A stretch of DNA of 64,000 nucleotides from Salinispira sp. (GTDB lineage: Bacteria > Spirochaetota > Spirochaetia > DSM-27196 > Salinispiraceae): positions 3,072,001 through 3,136,000 of the forward strand of contig OZ271918.1 in the NCBI GenBank assembly GCA_965602015.1. The letters are read 5' to 3'. The notes under the pieces are model-generated. The model was given only the letters and a program-made list of their open reading frames with translations. It did not search any database and was not told the origin of the DNA. Within the stretch, counting starts at the first letter, position 1; the number at the start of each line of letters is the position of its first letter. The position numbers and the translations under genes were made by a program. Shown piece after piece: positions 58,920 to 64,000 of the stretch.

Positions 58920-60002
58920 ATGGAGTCCATCGGAGAAAAACTCTCACGCCGACGCGAGGAAAAGCATTATAGCCTGGACCAAGCGGCCAGGGAGACCCAT
59001 ATTGCCAAGCGCTTCATTGAGGCCCTGGAGACCGAAGCCTTCGATACCTTCCCCGGCGAGAGTTATCTGGTGGGATTTCTCCGGAAATACAGCGATTATC
59101 TCGAGCTCGATGCGGAGGAAATGATTTCCCTGTTCCGCAACACAAAAATTCAGGAACAGCCCAGCCCGATGGATGAATTATTGGTAACTAAACCTAAAAT
59201 CCGTTGGGGACTCATAGCGGGAATATCTGCAACAGTGGTGGTGATCGGCCTTGCCGCGGTATTGCTGTCTACCCTGGGAGATCCTTCAGCTTCGGCCAGA
59301 AACCAAGGGGATGAACCGGCAGCCCCGACGCAGCCCGAGGTCAACGAGGTTCTCTTCACCGCTGAAATCATTGAACAGGAATTTGAGGAAAATACATCAA
59401 TCATCATCCCCCTGGAAGAAAACGAGTATCGCATTGAAATCCGCAGCATTGGCAACCCGCTTACTCTTTTTCTCGGCGACCAGAGCTTTTCCCTTGAAGA
59501 GGGAGGATCGGGCTTCGTGGATTTAAATCGGGACAACGACCCGGACCTCCGCATCGTCTTCAGCGGCAGCATGGAAAACGGAAACCCGGTACTCCGACTC
59601 GATAAGGTGGTTGCCGGCGCATTTGCAGAAAACAGCACAGCAGCTTCGGAAAATCAGGGCGGCGTGGACATCGGTCAGACCATCGAGCAAAGCCGTATTC
59701 AGCCTCCTCAGACCATCTTCGAAGCGTCTGAACCAGACACATTTTTTATTGAGGCGATTTTCCGCGGTCCGGTCCTCCTTCGTCACCTGAATGAGAACGG
59801 CGAACAGGTGGAGCAGTTTTATTCCAGCGGCGAGCGCTTTCAGACCGAAGCCAGGGAATATGTATACTTTTGGATATCAAACGCGGGCAAAACCCAATTT
59901 AGCGTCGCCGGACGAAACCTGAGGCTCGGCATCGACGGAGAGACCGCAGCTTTCAGGATCGCCTGGAACGCCAACCGTCTGGAACTCATCCCCATGTATT
60001 GA
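58920..60002 (+). CDS. rodZ: RodZ-like HTH membrane protein
   Basis: IGEKL..RRE..SLDQAARETHI..RFIEALE, GFLRKYSDYLEL, a TM helix and SNAG. Confidence 0.82.
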   Translation: MESIGEKLSRRREEKHYSLDQAARETHIAKRFIEALETEAFDTFPGESYLVGFLRKYSDYLELDAEEMISLFRNTKIQEQPSPMDELLVTKPKIRWGLIAGISATVVVIGLAAVLLSTLGDPSASARNQGDEPAAPTQPEVNEVLFTAEIIEQEFEENTSIIIPLEENEYRIEIRSIGNPLTLFLGDQSFSLEEGGSGFVDLNRDNDPDLRIVFSGSMENGNPVLRLDKVVAGAFAENSTAASENQGGVDIGQTIEQSRIQPPQTIFEASEPDTFFIEAIFRGPVLLRHLNENGEQVEQFYSSGERFQTEAREYVYFWISNAGKTQFSVAGRNLRLGIDGETAAFRIAWNANRLELIPMY

Positions 60003-60055
60003 TATCCTGTATCATCGGCGTTTTGCGCGGCACATGCCGAATACAGGAGATTATC

Positions 60056-60403
60056 ATGGATGAAAAAACAATTTTCGAAAAGATTATCGAAGGGGCTATA
60101 CCCGCGGATATCGTCTCCGAGGGTCCTCATTATCTTGCGTTCAAGGACATAAATCCCCAGGCGCCGGTTCACGTCCTGGTAATTCCCAAGGTGAAGGTGC
60201 GCGGAATGCATCAGGTTCAACACCTTGATCCTGAGGTGCTTCACGGGTTTATGAGCGGCATACGCGATACCGCCCGCATCCTCGGGCTGGAAGAATCCGG
60301 GTACCGGGTGGTATTTAACACGGGCAAGGACGCCCAGCAGAGCGTCGACTACATTCATGCCCATATTCTCGGCGGCAGACCCATGAACTGGCCGCCGGGA
60401 TGA
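60056..60403 (+). CDS. Histidine triad (HIT) nucleotide-binding protein
   Basis: TIFEKII, AFKDINPQAPVHVLVIPK and YIHAHILGG. RBS AGGAG. Confidence 0.92.
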   Translation: MDEKTIFEKIIEGAIPADIVSEGPHYLAFKDINPQAPVHVLVIPKVKVRGMHQVQHLDPEVLHGFMSGIRDTARILGLEESGYRVVFNTGKDAQQSVDYIHAHILGGRPMNWPPG

Positions 60404-60413
60404 CTCAACAGCT

Positions 60414-62612
60414 ATGATGGATATCGAACAAAGTCTTCAGCATCTCAATGAAGCCCAACGACGGGCAGTGCTCCACAACGGCAACTCACTATTGATCCTC
60501 GCAGGAGCCGGATCGGGGAAAACCCGGGTAATTACCGTAAAAATCGCCTATCTCATTGAAAAACTCGGGGTAGATCCCCGTTCCATTTTGGCGGTAACCT
60601 TTACGAACAAAGCCGCGGCCGAGATGAGGGAGCGGGCGGAGCAGCTCAGCTCCCGGGCATCCCAGGTGGTAATCCGCACGTTTCACAGCTTCGGCGCCTG
60701 GCTTATGAGGCGAAATGCCTCAGCGCTGAATCTGCCCGCGGGCTTTACCATCTATGACGATGATGACAGCATCAGCCTGCTCGGCAGCCTGCTTCCAGAT
60801 CGCTCGCGCCAGCAGCTTCGATACTTCGCACACTTGATCAGCCGCGCAAAGGATAACTGCATCGGCCCCGAAGGGCAGCTCGAATTAATCAGCAGCGACC
60901 CGGACTTCCGGGAGGCATACCGCCTCTATGAGAGCCGGCTGAGGGAAATCGGCAACGCGGACTTCGGCGACCTCATTCTCCGACCCATTGAGCTCCTTGA
61001 GGAGGACAACAGCATCGGCTCCCGCATTCGCGACCGTTTCCAGGTGCTGCTCGTCGATGAATATCAGGATTCCAACATCGCCCAATATGAACTCCTGACG
61101 CATTTGTACCAAAAAGGGAGCTATATCTGTGTCGTCGGGGATGATGATCAGTCCATTTACCGTTTCCGGGGAGCGGAAGTTAAAAACATCCTGAATTTCC
61201 CCAAACAGTTCGAAAATACCGACATTATCAAACTCGAACAGAATTACCGGAGCACCAACCCCATACTCCAGCTCGCCGGAGCCGTGGTTCAGAAGAACCA
61301 GGGACGGCTCGGAAAGGAGCTCTGGACAGACCGGCAGGACGGCACCCTCCCTGTCATCGCCCGGCTCAGCGATCAGGATGCGGAGGTCGATTATGTAATT
61401 CGGCTTATTCGGGATGATTTTGAAGGCGAAACCGCAATACTGTACCGCACCAATGCCCAAAGCCGCCTGTTCGAGACCCGATTCCTTCAGGAAGGGATTC
61501 CGTACCGCATCATCGGCACTTTGAGATTCTACGAAAGGGAAGAGGTAAAAGACGCCGTCGCCCTGCTCAAACTTCTGGCTAATCCCCGGGATGAGGTTGC
61601 ATTTACCCGGATCGTAAACAAGCCGAGCCGGGGAATCGGACAGGTCGCCATGAGAAAAATTCTCGGCCAGCTCGGCGCCGCGCGAGGAAACCTGGTCCAT
61701 GCAGCGGAATACGCTATTCCCGGAAGCAATAAAAAAACCGCACACGGCATTGGGGAGTTCGTCGCATGCATGGAAAAAGCAAAAAAGTACCTGAATGCCC
61801 CGGCATCGGAAATATCTCACCTGGGTGAGATCGTCGAACGGACGCTTCAGGACAGCGGGCTCGCCCAGTATCACCTCAATCAGGATGAAGTAACCGGCAG
61901 CGGAAAAATTCAAAACTTGGAGGAACTGGCCAACGCCGCAAGCCTTTATCCGGCAAACAGCGACGGTCTGGTCGAATTCCTCGAGGCCATCGAATTGGAC
62001 AGCGCCAGGGAGCAAAACGACCTCGATGCCGACGTAACCCTCATTACCATGCACAATACCAAGGGACTGGAGTTTGACCGGGTGGTTATAACCGGTCTGG
62101 AAAATGAACTGTTTCCCCGGACCGATGACGGAGACCAGGAATCCCTGGAGGAGGAGCGGCGCTTATTTTACGTCGCCATCACCCGTGCGAGGCACGAGCT
62201 GCATATTACCAGCTGCTCTAGCCGCAGAATCCACGGGAAAACCATGAGCCTCAACCCGTCGGTATTTCTCAGTGAAATTCCGGATGAGATGGTCGAGCAT
62301 TTTGGAAGGCGGGGTTCCGGCGTCGATTCATGGAAGGATGCTTTCGGCGGGGTTGACCCCTGGGCCGCCTGGAAGGGCGGTCAGAATTCAAGCCGAAGGG
62401 AAGAGGGGGCCGACGACGGCTTCCCCGACGGAATGCAGCCAGAGTTTCCCCGGGGTCAGCTGGTGTATCACGACGAATACGGCACCGGCGAAGTGGTAAA
62501 AACCAGCTATAATGGAAGCGAAGAAGTAATTCTCGTCCGCTTCGAATCGGGCAACAACGCCCAGTTCATCCCCCGCTTCAGCGGAGTCGAGAAAGTCAGC
62601 CGGGACTGGTAG
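60414..62612 (+). CDS. pcrA: UvrD/PcrA-family DNA helicase
   Basis: AGAGSGKT, TFTNKAA, VDEYQD, GDDDQSIYRFRG, LEQNYRS and EEERRLFYVAITRA. Confidence 0.93.
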   Translation: MMDIEQSLQHLNEAQRRAVLHNGNSLLILAGAGSGKTRVITVKIAYLIEKLGVDPRSILAVTFTNKAAAEMRERAEQLSSRASQVVIRTFHSFGAWLMRRNASALNLPAGFTIYDDDDSISLLGSLLPDRSRQQLRYFAHLISRAKDNCIGPEGQLELISSDPDFREAYRLYESRLREIGNADFGDLILRPIELLEEDNSIGSRIRDRFQVLLVDEYQDSNIAQYELLTHLYQKGSYICVVGDDDQSIYRFRGAEVKNILNFPKQFENTDIIKLEQNYRSTNPILQLAGAVVQKNQGRLGKELWTDRQDGTLPVIARLSDQDAEVDYVIRLIRDDFEGETAILYRTNAQSRLFETRFLQEGIPYRIIGTLRFYEREEVKDAVALLKLLANPRDEVAFTRIVNKPSRGIGQVAMRKILGQLGAARGNLVHAAEYAIPGSNKKTAHGIGEFVACMEKAKKYLNAPASEISHLGEIVERTLQDSGLAQYHLNQDEVTGSGKIQNLEELANAASLYPANSDGLVEFLEAIELDSAREQNDLDADVTLITMHNTKGLEFDRVVITGLENELFPRTDDGDQESLEEERRLFYVAITRARHELHITSCSSRRIHGKTMSLNPSVFLSEIPDEMVEHFGRRGSGVDSWKDAFGGVDPWAAWKGGQNSSRREEGADDGFPDGMQPEFPRGQLVYHDEYGTGEVVKTSYNGSEEVILVRFESGNNAQFIPRFSGVEKVSRDW

Positions 62613-62628
62613 TCCCCTGAGGAAGCCC

Positions 62629-63588
62629 ATGAAAATTACCCGTGCCAGGGACTACCGCCTCTACTACGGCGATCTGCACCAAAGAATTCTCGATATGGAA
62701 CTTGACGGAGGCCGGGCGCTCTTCGGACACAGCCCCAGAGGCTTAGCGAAGGCGTACAAAAACAGTATTTCCCGGGGCCTGTATTGCGGATTCGATTCGG
62801 CGATGCACCGCACGGCTGTCCGGCTGCTTAAAGAACTGTTTCCCGGATACGGCGCACTTATCTTTCCCGACCGTCGATCCGCAGGGGAGTTCCTCGCACA
62901 TAACATCGAGCTCTCCCTGGATGAATCGGAGTACCAAAGGTTTATCCCGGCCCCTGGCTCAGGACCGTCGGTGCAGGCTGTGGAAATGTGGCGCCCCTTC
63001 ACCGACAGGGCAAGGGGTGAAATCCTGCTGCCGATCATCCCCCAGCCCGGCGCCATAAGCCCCCAGCCGCTGCTTTACAAGAAGGAGCCGCGTCAGGAAG
63101 AAAAACCAGGCACCGGAGACCCGGCGGCACCTTCATCCGGATTCCGTCAAAAACACAGACGCTTTATTCTGAATGAGAAACTACCCTGTTCACAGTTTCA
63201 GCTCAGCGGGCTCGTTCAGGTCCTCTCCCTTATGCTGCAGGCCAGAACATTCAGCTGTTTTGGGAGCACTCCCAAACTTATCCATCAGCCGAAAAAACAT
63301 CAGCAGGCCTTGGGGCGGACAAGACAATGGTTCTCCGATGATCTCTGGTCCAGGATTATTCAGACTGATAACCCCATATGGAGCAGAACGGGTCCTTATA
63401 TCTTTCCTAAAGCCGGTCACCAGCTGCCCGCCGCTGAATGGGAAGGTTTTCGCGCAAAGGCAACGGCTTTGGGAATCCGGCTCCCCGAAAGCCCCGATTC
63501 GGTTATAATAATTCCATCAATGTTCAGCCAGAGAGAGGAACAGGCGATGCGAGAACTATTTTCAAGTCCGGAGGCCGCCGATGTCTGA
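62629..63588 (+). CDS. Hypothetical protein with a degenerate class III aminotransferase-like N-terminus
   Basis: ITRARDYRLY...RILDMELDGGRALFGH. No recognisable PLP-lysine motif. Confidence 0.6.
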   Translation: MKITRARDYRLYYGDLHQRILDMELDGGRALFGHSPRGLAKAYKNSISRGLYCGFDSAMHRTAVRLLKELFPGYGALIFPDRRSAGEFLAHNIELSLDESEYQRFIPAPGSGPSVQAVEMWRPFTDRARGEILLPIIPQPGAISPQPLLYKKEPRQEEKPGTGDPAAPSSGFRQKHRRFILNEKLPCSQFQLSGLVQVLSLMLQARTFSCFGSTPKLIHQPKKHQQALGRTRQWFSDDLWSRIIQTDNPIWSRTGPYIFPKAGHQLPAAEWEGFRAKATALGIRLPESPDSVIIIPSMFSQREEQAMRELFSSPEAADV

Positions 63589-63871
63589 TGCTATTCTCCT
63601 GATGATGATCCAGTTAGTGACCGGGGCCCTGGCCACCCTTTTCGCCATTCTGCTCTGGGCAAAAACCCGGGATAGCGCGTGGATGATGGTTATCATCGGG
63701 ATTATCCTGTGGTACGGCAGAATTCTGTTCCGTGCCCTGGAACTCTTCGGAATTGCGAGGCTGGAGCTGGATATCCGCTGGATGAATCTCATAGCCCTGG
63801 CAGCCCTTGAGAATCTGCCTGTGGTCTTTATCACCATAGGCATAATCGTTATGATTAATCGCAAGACTTGA
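63581..63871 (+). CDS. Small 3-TM membrane protein
   Basis: Three hydrophobic segments; overlaps the upstream stop; RBS GGAGG. Confidence 0.75.
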   Translation: MSDAILLMMIQLVTGALATLFAILLWAKTRDSAWMMVIIGIILWYGRILFRALELFGIARLELDIRWMNLIALAALENLPVVFITIGIIVMINRKT

Positions 63872-63954
63872 CGCAGCGCGAGTCTTTGTGTTTTTATTTG
63901 CTCACTGCGGGCCGTACATGCAGTGAAGGATTAAATCCGCCCTTTGGAGGCTTT

Positions 63955-64000
63955 ATGGTTGCGCTTTTAATTGGAATCATCTTTATCGCATTTGCAGTTG
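63955..64000 (+). CDS. Partial CDS (MVALLIGIIFIAFAV...), runs off the window
   Basis: GGAGG-cttt-ATG followed by a hydrophobic open frame to the window end. Confidence 0.65.
   Translation, partial: MVALLIGIIFIAFAV

Overview
A gene-dense, mostly core chromosomal segment of a spirochete, probably a free-living Spirochaetaceae. The assignment is inferred from FlcA, DUF5312-like and other spirochete-type genes. It holds about 55 CDSs, including pgi, serC, pfkA, galE, hflX, ogt, hom, trxA, a complete trpE-GD-CF-B-A operon, ssb, ilvE, flcA, eno, malQ, pyrH, lolA, rodZ and uvrD/pcrA, plus one tRNA-Leu(CAA). I saw no transposase, integrase, CRISPR array or rRNA. Signals not explained by the ORF track: (1) a stand-alone, roughly 255-nt structured transcription unit after serC, with its own promoter and terminator; (2) two diverged copies of a 139-151-bp element with 24-25-bp terminal inverted repeats, one just upstream of an orphan Pycsar-effector-like (DUF5706) membrane gene; (3) an unannotated Trp-Trp-Trp leader peptide and attenuator that appears to be leaderless; (4) many genes whose ATG lies 5-8 nt after a -10 box; (5) a ProRS paralog with altered catalytic motifs, coupled to a UPF0158-GNAT gene; (6) a 96-bp x4 tandem repeat in flcA; (7) candidate ECF-sigma and LacI-type regulatory sites. 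All family calls come from motif recognition by eye; no database searches were run.
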